Positions 8,419 through 18,300 of a stretch of DNA of 64,000 bases are shown one piece after another. The first letter of the stretch is position 1; every line of letters starts with the position of its first letter. Under the pieces are notes generated by a model, which was given only the letters and a program-made list of their open reading frames with translations, was not told the origin of the DNA and searched no databases. The DNA is taken from NCBI GenBank assembly GCA_963674965.2, contig CAXXFL010000003.1, positions 288,001 through 352,000 on the forward strand. Direction: 5' to 3'. The DNA comes from a bacterium (lineage in GTDB: Bacteria; RBG-13-61-14; DATKZS01). Both the position numbers and the translations under genes were made by a program.

Positions 8419-11340
8419 CTAATCGGAGTCGAGATTGAATTCTCCCAGAAGTTCCCTTAAACCGTTGGCCATGCTTTTCAAGTTGGCGACGGTGCGCATC
8501 ATTTTTTCCACGCGAAGCTGGTTGTCGTCGGCCACGGACTTTATATGTCCCACGGCGTTGGAGACCTCGTCCGTGCTTTTGAGCTGCTCGCCCTGGGACA
8601 GGTTGATAAAGCCCGTGATCTCCGCGATGTGCTCGATGGCCTGGGTGATCTGCCTGCTGCCCTGGGCCTGCTCGAGCGTCGCCCTTTTAACCTGCTGGGC
8701 GATGTCCTCCATCTTGGCGGCGGTCGAGGCTATCTGGTCGCCGCTTTTGGTCTGCTCCTGGGTCGCCTGGGCCGCCTGGGTGATCATGGCGTTAAGTCCG
8801 TCCATGAACTCGAGGAACTCGGAGGACTTTTTCGCCTGCACCTTCGCGGCCTCGGCTATGGCGTGGGTCTGCTCCATGGATTTTCTGGCCGAGTCCTGAA
8901 TCTCGATAAGGGCGTCGCCGGCCTGCTCGGAGCGCTTGACTCCCTCCTCGATGGTCTGGGTCCCCTCCTTCATGCGCAGCACGGCCAGTTGGGCCCCGCC
9001 CTGCACGGCGTCGATGAGGTCGGCGATTTCCTTGGTGCTGGCGGCGGTCCTCTCGGCCAGGTCCTTGATCTCGTCGGCCACCACCGAGAACCCCCGGCCG
9101 TGCTCGCCGGCCTGGGCCGCGATGATGGCGGCGTTAAGGGCGAGCAGGTTGGTCTCGTCCGTCACGTCCTCGATGACGTTCAGGATGTTGCCGATTTCCG
9201 CGGCCCTCGCGCCCAGCTCGGAGATGACCTGGGACACTCCTCCCGAGGTGTCGCGGATTTTCTGAATGCCGTCGATGGTGAGGTTCACGGCCCGGGCGCC
9301 CTTCTCGGCGTCCTGCGCCACCCGGCCGCTGAGGGAAGCCGTCTCGGACGATCCCGAGTTGACGCGCGATATCATCCTTTCCATCTCGCCCAGGGAGTCC
9401 ATGGCGATCTGGGACCGGCGCGACAAATACTGAACGTTCTCGGCCACCTCCCTGGTTGAGGTGTTCATCTCCTGGATGGCCGCCGTGGTCTGTTCCACCG
9501 CGGCGGAAAGGTTCTCCACGTTCAGCCCCACCTCGTCGATGGTGGCCTGGACCTCGAGGATGGAGGCGCTGGACTCCTCGGCCGAGGAGGCCAGGGTCTG
9601 CACCGAGTCGGCTATGCCGCCGACCGATTCCTTCATGACCCCCATGGTCCGCGAGGTCTCGTCCACCAGCGACACCTGGGTGCGGCTGCCCTCGCTCATC
9701 TCGTCCCCCTCGGACTGGATGGCGCCCGCCGCGTCGTCCAGGGCGTGGGCGGCCTCCTCCATCCTTCCCAGCAGCCGCCTAAGGCCGAAGATGGCCGAGG
9801 CAACGGACCTGGACAATATGCCCATCTCGTCCCTGCCGGTCACGGTCACGTTCCTGGTCAAGTCCCCCTCGGCCATGGCCCCAAGGGACCCCATCAGAGA
9901 GACGATCGGGTCCCGAATCTCGGCCGAGGCCAAACCCGCGTACCGGACCGCGAAGAGGGGCAGGACGATAAGGACGGGGACCACCAGCCAGAGCATCTCG
10001 TTGACCGCGTAGGAGTAGCTCTCGTAGGGAGTGGCCACGAAGAGGTAACTATTGCCGGCCTCCGGCTCCTCTTTCGGAGCGAGGTACTTCTCGTCGTCCC
10101 TCGCCGCGTCCGCCGGCTCCGAGTAGCCGCTCTCGATATCGGTCTCGACGTTTTCGGTCTCGGGAGCGGCGCCCTCGTCGAATTCTTCCTCCGTGCCCAT
10201 GCTCGCCTCGGAGCCCTGGGGACCCTCGGCCCGGCCTTCCTCCTCCCGCATCCATTTCTCGAGGTCCTTGGACTCGTCGCTTATGTCAACCCGCACCAGG
10301 GAATACTCGGAAGCGCCCATCATCACCGAGTAGATTTTGCCGGGTACCAGGGTATGGATAGTGGGCCGCCGGAACTCGAGGGGGTCCTTGACTCCCCTGA
10401 CCACGACGTCCATGACCCGCTTGAAATCCTCGGGGACCTCCTCGTCCAGCCTGGAGTTGAAGTCCTCGTCAACCAGGAAGACCTTGTCGCGCTCCTTGTC
10501 GATGACGTACTTCTTGAGGTGCTCCTTGATGTTGCTCCCCGACACGCGGAACTGGACCATGGTGGAAAGCATGGGCTTTTGAGGCTCGAGAAGGTTCAGG
10601 TAAAAAGTCCCGAGCTGCCTTTTGTATCCCCTGTTGGCCCCGGATAAAAAGGCCACGCCCACCGTGACTATGCTCATGAACACGAGGAAAAGAAGGGCCC
10701 CCGTGAACTTGCCCCCGAGGTTGATCTCCATGAACCACTTGTCCTTGGCGTCGGTGAGCATGAGGTCGGGAAAGTCGGCGAGGATTTCCTCCTGGAACTC
10801 GAGGAGTCTTTTCCTGACCTTGTAGAACTGGAAGATGGAAATGACCCAGCCGGTGGCGGCGATGGCCATGATCATGGCGACGATCTGCCTCAGGGCGAAG
10901 CAGTAGGTGAACTGGAGGGCCCCCACCGCCGCGAAGGCCCCGGCGGTATAGAACACGCAGGACCAGAACATGGCGCGGTAAGGAAGGGTCTCGCTGGCGT
11001 AAAGGGCCGAGGAGGCGCTTGCCCTCAGTTCCTCGGGATCGGTACCGTTGGTGAGGGACAAATATTTCTCCGCCGGTCCCAGCACCCGGATGACCCAGTA
11101 ATAATGGCCCACCACGAAGGACGCGGAGATGGTCACCAGGATGATGAAATTTACGATAATGAAATAGGGGTCACGGGACCAGTCCCGGACCACGTTGGTC
11201 CACCTGGAAAGGGAACCCATGATCAAAAGGATGAAAAAAAGCAGGACGGGCATGCCGATCAGGTTGGTGTTGACGATGTTCCACCATACGGCCCATCTAA
11301 GGTCCTTTGCCGCCTCTTCTCCGGTCGCGCGCTCAGCCAT
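8419..11340 (-). CDS. Methyl-accepting chemotaxis protein with multi-pass N-terminus and HAMP
   Basis: [36 protein letters not shown] hairpin tip; HAMP AEGDLT...RDEMG; several hydrophobic helices. Confidence 0.93.
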   Translation of the reverse strand: MAERATGEEAAKDLRWAVWWNIVNTNLIGMPVLLFFILLIMGSLSRWTNVVRDWSRDPYFIIVNFIILVTISASFVVGHYYWVIRVLGPAEKYLSLTNGTDPEELRASASSALYASETLPYRAMFWSCVFYTAGAFAAVGALQFTYCFALRQIVAMIMAIAATGWVISIFQFYKVRKRLLEFQEEILADFPDLMLTDAKDKWFMEINLGGKFTGALLFLVFMSIVTVGVAFLSGANRGYKRQLGTFYLNLLEPQKPMLSTMVQFRVSGSNIKEHLKKYVIDKERDKVFLVDEDFNSRLDEEVPEDFKRVMDVVVRGVKDPLEFRRPTIHTLVPGKIYSVMMGASEYSLVRVDISDESKDLEKWMREEEGRAEGPQGSEASMGTEEEFDEGAAPETENVETDIESGYSEPADAARDDEKYLAPKEEPEAGNSYLFVATPYESYSYAVNEMLWLVVPVLIVLPLFAVRYAGLASAEIRDPIVSLMGSLGAMAEGDLTRNVTVTGRDEMGILSRSVASAIFGLRRLLGRMEEAAHALDDAAGAIQSEGDEMSEGSRTQVSLVDETSRTMGVMKESVGGIADSVQTLASSAEESSASILEVQATIDEVGLNVENLSAAVEQTTAAIQEMNTSTREVAENVQYLSRRSQIAMDSLGEMERMISRVNSGSSETASLSGRVAQDAEKGARAVNLTIDGIQKIRDTSGGVSQVISELGARAAEIGNILNVIEDVTDETNLLALNAAIIAAQAGEHGRGFSVVADEIKDLAERTAASTKEIADLIDAVQGGAQLAVLRMKEGTQTIEEGVKRSEQAGDALIEIQDSARKSMEQTHAIAEAAKVQAKKSSEFLEFMDGLNAMITQAAQATQEQTKSGDQIASTAAKMEDIAQQVKRATLEQAQGSRQITQAIEHIAEITGFINLSQGEQLKSTDEVSNAVGHIKSVADDNQLRVEKMMRTVANLKSMANGLRELLGEFNLDSD

Positions 11341-11372
11341 GCTTCCTCCCGCCCGGTTTCAGGCCCTCTCGT

Positions 11373-11789
11373 TCACGTCTGGTTAAGAATCCAAAGCAGG
11401 GTAAAACCGCCGATAATGGACTCGCAGATCACCGCGCCCGCCGCCGCGCCCACGCGGAGGGCCCCCTTTTCCCCGAACAGGTAGCCAAGGACCGACCCGG
11501 CGGCCACCCCGAAAATAACGCAGCCCAGGACCGGCCCGTTGCCGATGAGCAGCCAGTCGTACTGGTTGGGGTACAGGGTCGGCACGGGGTCCAGGACCGC
11601 CGTGAGAATGAAAAAGGATATCGTCATAATAACGGCCCCGAAGTAATTGGCCGCCTGTATCTTGTAGGGGATAAAGAAGTCCTCGAGGAAGTTGGACGCG
11701 ATGGAGTAAAGGGTCCAGTTGATCATCAGCGTCACCAGGATAACGTTGACGTCGAAAAACTCGGGCGTCAGCCATTCTTTAATCGTCAT
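11373..11789 (-). CDS. Small integral membrane protein of unknown function
   Basis: 138 aa with about 4 hydrophobic segments; abuts the lipB stop codon. Confidence 0.7.
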   Translation of the reverse strand: MTIKEWLTPEFFDVNVILVTLMINWTLYSIASNFLEDFFIPYKIQAANYFGAVIMTISFFILTAVLDPVPTLYPNQYDWLLIGNGPVLGCVIFGVAAGSVLGYLFGEKGALRVGAAAGAVICESIIGGFTLLWILNQT

Positions 11790-12506
11790 TTACCAGGTCC
11801 CTCCGTCCAGCGCCGACAATATCTTCAGGGGGTCCGCGCTTACAAGCTCGATCCTCAACTCGCCCGCCATGTTTTCGGCCAGCGTCTCGATGATCTTTTT
11901 TCTATCAAGCTCAGCCGCGCCAAGCTTTTTAAGCGAGGTCACGGGTTTGTCCGTGATGCCGCAGGGCACGATATGTCCGAACATCGCGAGGTCCGGGTCC
12001 ACGTTCAGGGCGAACCCGTGAGTGGTGACGTTCTCGGCCACGCGGATTCCTATCGCCGCCACCTTCGCCCCCCCTACCCAGACGCCCGGATACTCGGGGT
12101 CGGCGTAGGGCTTGAGGCCCAGGTCGAAAAGCGTCTTCAACATAAGGGCCTCGAGTTTGCCCACGTACCTTTTCACTCCCAGCCTCATGCCCTTGAGGTT
12201 GAGCGCGGCGTAGCATACTATCTGCCCGGGCCCGTGGTACGTTGCCTTTCCTCCCCGGTCCACCTGGACGACCTTCACCCCGTCGGCCGCCAGTTTGTCC
12301 GGCCCGGACTTGATATTGGACCTTCCCTCGTCCCCCTTAAGGGAATATCCCAGGGTGATGGTGGGCGGATGCTCCAGAAAAACGACGGTACCTGGTCTCG
12401 AGGGATCGAGCGCCTTCTCGCGCAGGGCCTTTTGCAGCCTGGCCGATTCGAGGTATTCGACCAGCCCCAGGTCCGCCCACTCAGCCTTGTACACTCCGCC
12501 CGTCAT
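11790..12506 (-). CDS. lipB: Lipoyl(octanoyl) transferase
   Basis: LEHPPTITLG, DRGGKATYHGPGQIV, KVAAIG, TTHGFALN, IVPCGI. Confidence 0.95.
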   Translation of the reverse strand: MTGGVYKAEWADLGLVEYLESARLQKALREKALDPSRPGTVVFLEHPPTITLGYSLKGDEGRSNIKSGPDKLAADGVKVVQVDRGGKATYHGPGQIVCYAALNLKGMRLGVKRYVGKLEALMLKTLFDLGLKPYADPEYPGVWVGGAKVAAIGIRVAENVTTHGFALNVDPDLAMFGHIVPCGITDKPVTSLKKLGAAELDRKKIIETLAENMAGELRIELVSADPLKILSALDGGTW

Positions 12507-12602
12507 TTGTCGTTCAAGCCCGCCGCCTTCAGGGCCTATTATAAATATCGGAGATGGAAAAAATCAAGGAGGATCGAAATTTAGACGTTTTCCCGCCTGG
12601 GC

Positions 12603-15092
12603 CTACATGCTCTTGGCCTTTTTGCCGGGGTCTATTTTTCTTTCCGTGAGTATGACGGGCAGCTCGATGATGAAGGTCGTGCCCCTCGGCTCGTTGTCCG
12701 CCACCCGGATGTAGCCGTAATGGTCCGATATGATGCGTTGGACGATGGTGAGGCCCAGCCCGCTTCCTTGCGGCTTGGTCGAGTAATAGGGCTCGAAGAG
12801 CCTGTCCTTGACGTATTGCGGAATGCCGTGGCCGCTGTCCCTTATCTCGATGCGCACGATGTTGAGCTGGTCGTTGTACATGGTCTCCACCTCGACCTCG
12901 CCCTCGTCCTTGATGCTGGAGACCGCGTTGTCCAGAAGGTTTATGAAAACCCGCTTTATCTGTTCCCTGTCCAGCTCGATGAGAGGAAGGCGGTCGTCGC
13001 TTACGAGCTCGAACCTGACCCGGTGATGGGCCTCGCGGTAAAGGGGAAGGACCTCCCGCAGGATATCGTGGAGGTCGGAGGGCTCGGGCTTGATCGAGGG
13101 AAGGCGGGCGAAGAGCGAGAACTCGTTTACCAGGTGTTTGAGCTCCTCCACCTGCCGGATGATGGTCCGCGTGCATTGGCTGAAGACCTCGGCGTCCTCC
13201 CCCGTCAACTCCCCCGCGTAGCGGCGCTCGAGACGCTGGGCCGCGAGCTGAATGGGAGTAAGGGGGTTCTTGATCTCGTGGGCGATCCTTCTGGCGACCT
13301 CCCGCCAGGCCATGGCCCGGTGGGCCCTGACCAATTCGGACATGTCGTCAATCACGATAACCGAGCCCAGGCTCTGGCCCTGGGCGTCCCTCAGGGGACT
13401 CACGGTGATGAGTAGAACGGCCGAGTGGCCGCCGCGGAAAGTGCTGATCTGCCTCTGGGCCATGGACTTATCGTCCTTTTCCAGCTCGCCCGCCAGGGAC
13501 TTGATAACGTCCATCACGTCGGACTGGAGGACCTCGGCCAGGTCCTTGCCCCTCACCTCGGCCGGGCTTTCCTTGCCGATCATGGCCAGGCCCGCCGGGT
13601 TGATGGTCGAAATCCTCGCGTCGGGGTCGGTGGAAATGACGCCGGCCGCCACGTGGGCCAGCACCGTCTCGGTGTATTTCCTTCTCTGCTCCAGCTCGAG
13701 GTTGGTGTCCGAAAGGCTCCGGTAGGCGCTGTTAAGCTCGGACCTGCTTTTCGCCAGGTCGCCCGTCATTTTATTGAAGGACCTTACCAGCGCGGATATC
13801 TCGTCGTCCCCCGAGGACGACAGGTCGATCTTGTAGTCCAGGTTGCCCGAGGCCACCATCTCCGTGCCCTCGGCCAGGAGGATGATGGGCTCCGTGATCC
13901 CCTTGGACACGTAGAAGCCGAACCAGATGGCGAGAAAGATGACGATAAGGGTCACGAACATGAGCAAGATAAAATAGGAACCCTTGATGGGAAGCTCGAG
14001 ACGACGCAGCGTCTCGTAGTCCTCGCTCGCCTCCTCGGCCGCCGCCCGCGCTCCCTCGAGCTTGGCCAGGTCCTTTTCCGGCGCCCATGAAACCAGACGG
14101 CCGCAGACCACCACCCCCACCATCTCGGACTCCTCCGACCCCGCCCGCCGGGGCACGGGATAAAAGGAATAAATGACCGCGCCGCCAGCCACCTCGATGG
14201 GCGGATTGATGCCCACCGCCCCGCTAAGGGCCTTCTTCACGTCCTCAAGAGGGACCGGCGGCGCCTCCCAGTTTTCCTTTACCGCCCGGGCCAAAAGCCC
14301 GCCCGACTTGTTGTAAACGCTCACCGAGTCGAGGTTGTACTCCATGCGCTTGTACTTGATGAAAAGACCGAGCTGCTCGGTGGCCGTGGGAACGGACGCC
14401 GCCTCCTGGGTACCGCCGTCCAGCGCGGACCCCGGGCCGCCGAGGGAAGAGTCGTTCTCCGGGCCCTCGTCCGCGCCGGCGCTCGAGCCGTCCCTGGCCA
14501 CCACGTCGATCCAGCCCCGCTCGATGATGGAACGCGATATCTCCTCGGCGAAGTGCAGGGCGTCTTCGCCGTCGGCCTCGTACTTGGCCGCCAGGAGGGT
14601 ACGGGCCGCCTCGCCTATGTTGGCCGCCTTTACCAGCACGTCCTTGGACTGGACCGCCACGTTCATCACGTGGGGCTCGTAAAGGCGCTCGATCGAGGTG
14701 TTGAGGATAAAGGTGGAAAGGAAAAATAGGACCGCCGCCGGGCCGATGGTCAGGGTCATGAAGGCCATGATCAGGCGCATCCTGAGACGGGCCCCCATGA
14801 CGCCCCGGCGCCTCTCGAAGAGGAACTTGACCACGTTGCGGACGATGAGAAAAACCAGCACCAGGATGAGAACGAGAAGAAGGGCCCAAACCGCGAAATT
14901 GAAGAAATATATCAGCGGGTCCTGGGTAAAGGCGTTGCTTTGAGCCAAGTGAAAAAAGCGGTCCACCAGATAAAGAAGGGCGCCGACAAGAACGCCCATA
15001 AGCGCGATTATGACTCTCTCGCGCCGCCGCCTCCGCTCGTCCTTGCTGGCCGCGTCGAGTATCTGAGCGCGCTTGCTGCCACCATCGCCCAT
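12603..15092 (-). CDS. NtrY-like membrane sensor histidine kinase (HAMP, PAS, HisKA, HATPase)
   Basis: AWREVARRIAHEIKNPLTPIQL, FEPYYSTKPQGSGLGL; three N-terminal TM helices with GARLRMRL pattern. Confidence 0.9.
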   Translation of the reverse strand: MGDGGSKRAQILDAASKDERRRRRERVIIALMGVLVGALLYLVDRFFHLAQSNAFTQDPLIYFFNFAVWALLLVLILVLVFLIVRNVVKFLFERRRGVMGARLRMRLIMAFMTLTIGPAAVLFFLSTFILNTSIERLYEPHVMNVAVQSKDVLVKAANIGEAARTLLAAKYEADGEDALHFAEEISRSIIERGWIDVVARDGSSAGADEGPENDSSLGGPGSALDGGTQEAASVPTATEQLGLFIKYKRMEYNLDSVSVYNKSGGLLARAVKENWEAPPVPLEDVKKALSGAVGINPPIEVAGGAVIYSFYPVPRRAGSEESEMVGVVVCGRLVSWAPEKDLAKLEGARAAAEEASEDYETLRRLELPIKGSYFILLMFVTLIVIFLAIWFGFYVSKGITEPIILLAEGTEMVASGNLDYKIDLSSSGDDEISALVRSFNKMTGDLAKSRSELNSAYRSLSDTNLELEQRRKYTETVLAHVAAGVISTDPDARISTINPAGLAMIGKESPAEVRGKDLAEVLQSDVMDVIKSLAGELEKDDKSMAQRQISTFRGGHSAVLLITVSPLRDAQGQSLGSVIVIDDMSELVRAHRAMAWREVARRIAHEIKNPLTPIQLAAQRLERRYAGELTGEDAEVFSQCTRTIIRQVEELKHLVNEFSLFARLPSIKPEPSDLHDILREVLPLYREAHHRVRFELVSDDRLPLIELDREQIKRVFINLLDNAVSSIKDEGEVEVETMYNDQLNIVRIEIRDSGHGIPQYVKDRLFEPYYSTKPQGSGLGLTIVQRIISDHYGYIRVADNEPRGTTFIIELPVILTERKIDPGKKAKSM

Positions 15093-15189
15093 GACCGGAT
15101 GATATCACATCGGGGAAAGCCGGACAAAGGGGCCCCAGAGCGAAGAGTTGCCCTTATTGGACGCGTTTTATGGTGTGATTAAGCGAGGA

Positions 15190-15561
15190 TCAGACTTCGC
15201 CCAGTCCTTTTCTGACTTTCCTTTTGAGCTCGTCGATGTCGAAGGGTTTTCCGATCACGTCGTCTCCCCCGCACTGCTTCACCGCCCCCGCCGCCTGGGA
15301 GACCCCCCTGGCGGTGACGAAAAGCACGTAAACGCCGCTGGTGTCGGGCTCGTTTTTAAGGGCCTCGCATACCTGGTATCCGACCATGCCCGGCATCATG
15401 ACGTCGAGTATGACCAGGTCGGGCTTGATCAGGCGTCCCCTTTCCAGGGCCTCGATCCCGTCCCGGGCCAGGTGGACGTCGTAACCGGCGGACTCGAGCA
15501 GAATCCTTATGGCGGTCCTTATGTCCTCGTCGTCTTCAGCCACCAATATTTTCTTCGACAT
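15190..15561 (-). CDS. Single-domain response regulator (CheY-like)
   Basis: KILVAEDD, PDLVILDVMMPG, KPF; overlaps the end of the upstream kinase. Confidence 0.92.
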   Translation of the reverse strand: MSKKILVAEDDEDIRTAIRILLESAGYDVHLARDGIEALERGRLIKPDLVILDVMMPGMVGYQVCEALKNEPDTSGVYVLFVTARGVSQAAGAVKQCGGDDVIGKPFDIDELKRKVRKGLGEV

Positions 15562-18094
15562 TTTCGACTTCTCCCGCTTCGCTTATGTTACCCCCCGGGA
15601 GAGGAAGAGTAAAATAAAACTCGCTTCCCCGTCCCGGCTCCGACTTGACTCCGACCTCCCCGCCGTGGCGCTCGACGATTTGGCGGACCAGGGCCAGGCC
15701 CAGACCGCTGCCCTGCTCCTTATCCCGCATCAGCTTGTCGCCCTGCTGGAACTTGTCGAAAAGCCTCTCTCGCAGTTCCTCGGCCACGCCCGGCCCGGTG
15801 TCCGCCACCGTTACCCGGGCAAGGGGACGGTCGCCGCGCTCGAGGGCCAGGCTCACGGTGACCTCTCCTCCCGGGGGCGTGAACTTCATGGCGTTGGACA
15901 GGAGGTTGACCAGGACCTGGTCGAGACGGTCCCGGTCGCCGATCACCACGGCGTCCTCCTCCGCCGTCTCCCGGCGAAGGGCGACGTCCTTTTCCCGCGC
16001 CAGCGCTCGAAAGGCCTCTCGGGCGTCGCGTATGACGGCCTTCAGGTCCACCGGGTCCGAGGCCATGGTCATCTTGCCCGCCTCGAGGCGCTGGATGTCA
16101 AGCAGGTTGTTGATCAGCCTGGTGAGGCGCTTGCTCTGCTTGATAATGACGTCGAGATACTTGGCCTGCTCCTCCTTGCCCAGGTCGTCCAGGCCGCTCC
16201 TGATTATCTGGGCGTAGGCCACGATGCCGGTCATGGGGGTCCTCAGGTCGTGGCTGACCATGGAAAGGAAGTTGTCCTTCATCTCGTCGAGCTTCTTGAG
16301 CTCGTGGTAGGAGGTCTCGATCTGAACCATCCTTTTGAGCTCCTCGACTTTTTTCGCGTTCTCGATCGAGACCGCCGTCTGCGTCATCAGGGCCTCGAGT
16401 ATCTCCTCGTCCCCGCTCGAGTACCAGGCCCCCGTCATCTTGGGACCCAGGCCGAGAATGCCGATCAGCTCCTCCTGGAAAAGCACGGGAATCACCGCCA
16501 CGATCTCGAGCTCGTGCATAAGCCTGAGCATGGGAAGGCGGTCCGGATCGCTCTCGGGCATTTCCTCGATATCGTTCATCTGGATGGCCCTGCCCTCGAT
16601 TTCCAGCCGCCTGAAGAGAGGGTGCTCGATTCCCTCGATCTCGTAGTCCAGGGAACGGTAATAGGTGGGGTCGGGATCGTCGGGAACGCCGCCCGACCTG
16701 TCGCGAAGGGCGTAAAGCTTGAACTGGCCGCCTTCCCGCTCGCGCAGCAGGATAAAGCCCCTCGCTATCTTGATGGCGTCCATGACCGTGTCCAGCATCT
16801 TGCCCAGAAGCTCGTCAAGCTCGATGTAGGAGCCCAGGATTTTTCCCGCCTCGCTTATCGCCCTCTGGTACTCGTACTTGTCGCGGAAAAACCTGCGCTC
16901 GATGGCCAGGTCCACGTGGTCCCGGAGGGGACGGAAGACCACCACCATGATGAAGATGGTGCCGAGGGCCGCTATCTCCGAGCTGAAGCCGGAAATGTCC
17001 CGGAGGGCCAGGCTGAACCCGCTTATAAGCAGAAGGGAGATAAACATGACCAGGGCCGACACCGCGAGATAACTCGAGCTTCGAACGATGAAGACGTCCG
17101 CGTCGAAAAGGTTGTGCTTGACTATGGCGTAGGCCATGCTGAGGGGAAAGAAGGTGAGGGGAATAAAGGCCCAATAGATGGTGATGACGCGCAGGAAGTT
17201 GGTGCCCACGAGCACCGCCGCCACCCCGGTAAATGACACGCCTATCGAGAAAAGCACCACCTTGGCCCTCTGCCTGACCACCGGGTCGTCGGTGGCCATG
17301 AAGTCCCGGACGATTATGGCGATGGCCGTCACGCAGCACAGTAAATTGTTTATCACCATCAGGGTGTCGAAGACGATGAAGACGCGCGGGACCCGGAAAA
17401 ATATGGCGTTCAGCGCCAGTATGGCGGCGGTGATGGACCAGGCGATCAGGGCGATGGTTTTGAGACGCCCGTGTTTTCTGGGGAAATAAAGGCCGAAAAG
17501 GAGAAGGGAAGGGCCGGACATGATCACGGTGAACATTGGCAGCATGAAAACGTGCGTCACGCAGTACTCGGGGTTGGCCGCAAGCGTAAGCCCCGCCAGG
17601 GTGCAAAAGAAAAGGAAGGCCCGGGAGGACGCAAGGTCGGGCTTCATTAAAAAGACCGCGACTCCGAGGCCGAAAAACACCAGGCCGAAAAATATGAAAA
17701 AGGGAAAAATAAGGACGTAATACCTCAAGGTGAAAAGGGAGACGGGTATGGTCAGCTCGATTTTCTCCCCTCCCCGCAGGATCGAATAGGTCACCTCCTG
17801 GCCCGGGCGTTTTCCAGCGATCTCCTCGTTAAGATCGACCCCCTTGCCGACGCGAACGCCGTCAACCGCCACGATCGCGTCGCCGAACTTGATCCCCCTT
17901 TGGAAACCATCCCACTCGGGAAGCCAGATTATGGAAACCACGTTGTTGGGCAGAACCGTGAAGCCGGGGAAGGGCTTGCCCACGGCGCCGTATCCCATAA
18001 CCAGGCCGAAAACGGAAACGGCCAGAAGCAAAAGGGTCAGAACGCCAGAGATAATATATCTGACCGGCCTCGTTATTAGTCCGTCGCGCGCCAT
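15536..18094 (-). CDS. Membrane sensor histidine kinase with extracytoplasmic PDZ, multi-TM and GAF domains
   Basis: GIKFGDAIVAVDG...ILRGGE PDZ; about 8 further TM helices; GAF-like LGPKMTGAWYS..D; VSHDLRTPM; QGSGLGL. ATG 18094 chosen as start. Confidence 0.88.
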   Translation of the reverse strand: MARDGLITRPVRYIISGVLTLLLLAVSVFGLVMGYGAVGKPFPGFTVLPNNVVSIIWLPEWDGFQRGIKFGDAIVAVDGVRVGKGVDLNEEIAGKRPGQEVTYSILRGGEKIELTIPVSLFTLRYYVLIFPFFIFFGLVFFGLGVAVFLMKPDLASSRAFLFFCTLAGLTLAANPEYCVTHVFMLPMFTVIMSGPSLLLFGLYFPRKHGRLKTIALIAWSITAAILALNAIFFRVPRVFIVFDTLMVINNLLCCVTAIAIIVRDFMATDDPVVRQRAKVVLFSIGVSFTGVAAVLVGTNFLRVITIYWAFIPLTFFPLSMAYAIVKHNLFDADVFIVRSSSYLAVSALVMFISLLLISGFSLALRDISGFSSEIAALGTIFIMVVVFRPLRDHVDLAIERRFFRDKYEYQRAISEAGKILGSYIELDELLGKMLDTVMDAIKIARGFILLREREGGQFKLYALRDRSGGVPDDPDPTYYRSLDYEIEGIEHPLFRRLEIEGRAIQMNDIEEMPESDPDRLPMLRLMHELEIVAVIPVLFQEELIGILGLGPKMTGAWYSSGDEEILEALMTQTAVSIENAKKVEELKRMVQIETSYHELKKLDEMKDNFLSMVSHDLRTPMTGIVAYAQIIRSGLDDLGKEEQAKYLDVIIKQSKRLTRLINNLLDIQRLEAGKMTMASDPVDLKAVIRDAREAFRALAREKDVALRRETAEEDAVVIGDRDRLDQVLVNLLSNAMKFTPPGGEVTVSLALERGDRPLARVTVADTGPGVAEELRERLFDKFQQGDKLMRDKEQGSGLGLALVRQIVERHGGEVGVKSEPGRGSEFYFTLPLPGGNISEAGEVENVEENIGG

Positions 18095-18300
18095 GAAAGT
18101 AATTTGAAGGGGCCCTGGCCTCGGGCCTTTATATCTCGAGCGAGAACTAAAGGCCCGTCCCACCTAAGGACCGCGTCGCTCCTCTTTTTTCAGTTTAATT
18201 TAGCCTGTGCCAATGGTCCCGGGACCTCAGGGTCTTCTGACCGTAAAGCGGCCGATGGGCTATTATGCCAAATCGCCGGGCGAAAAACCATTTGCGGCCA

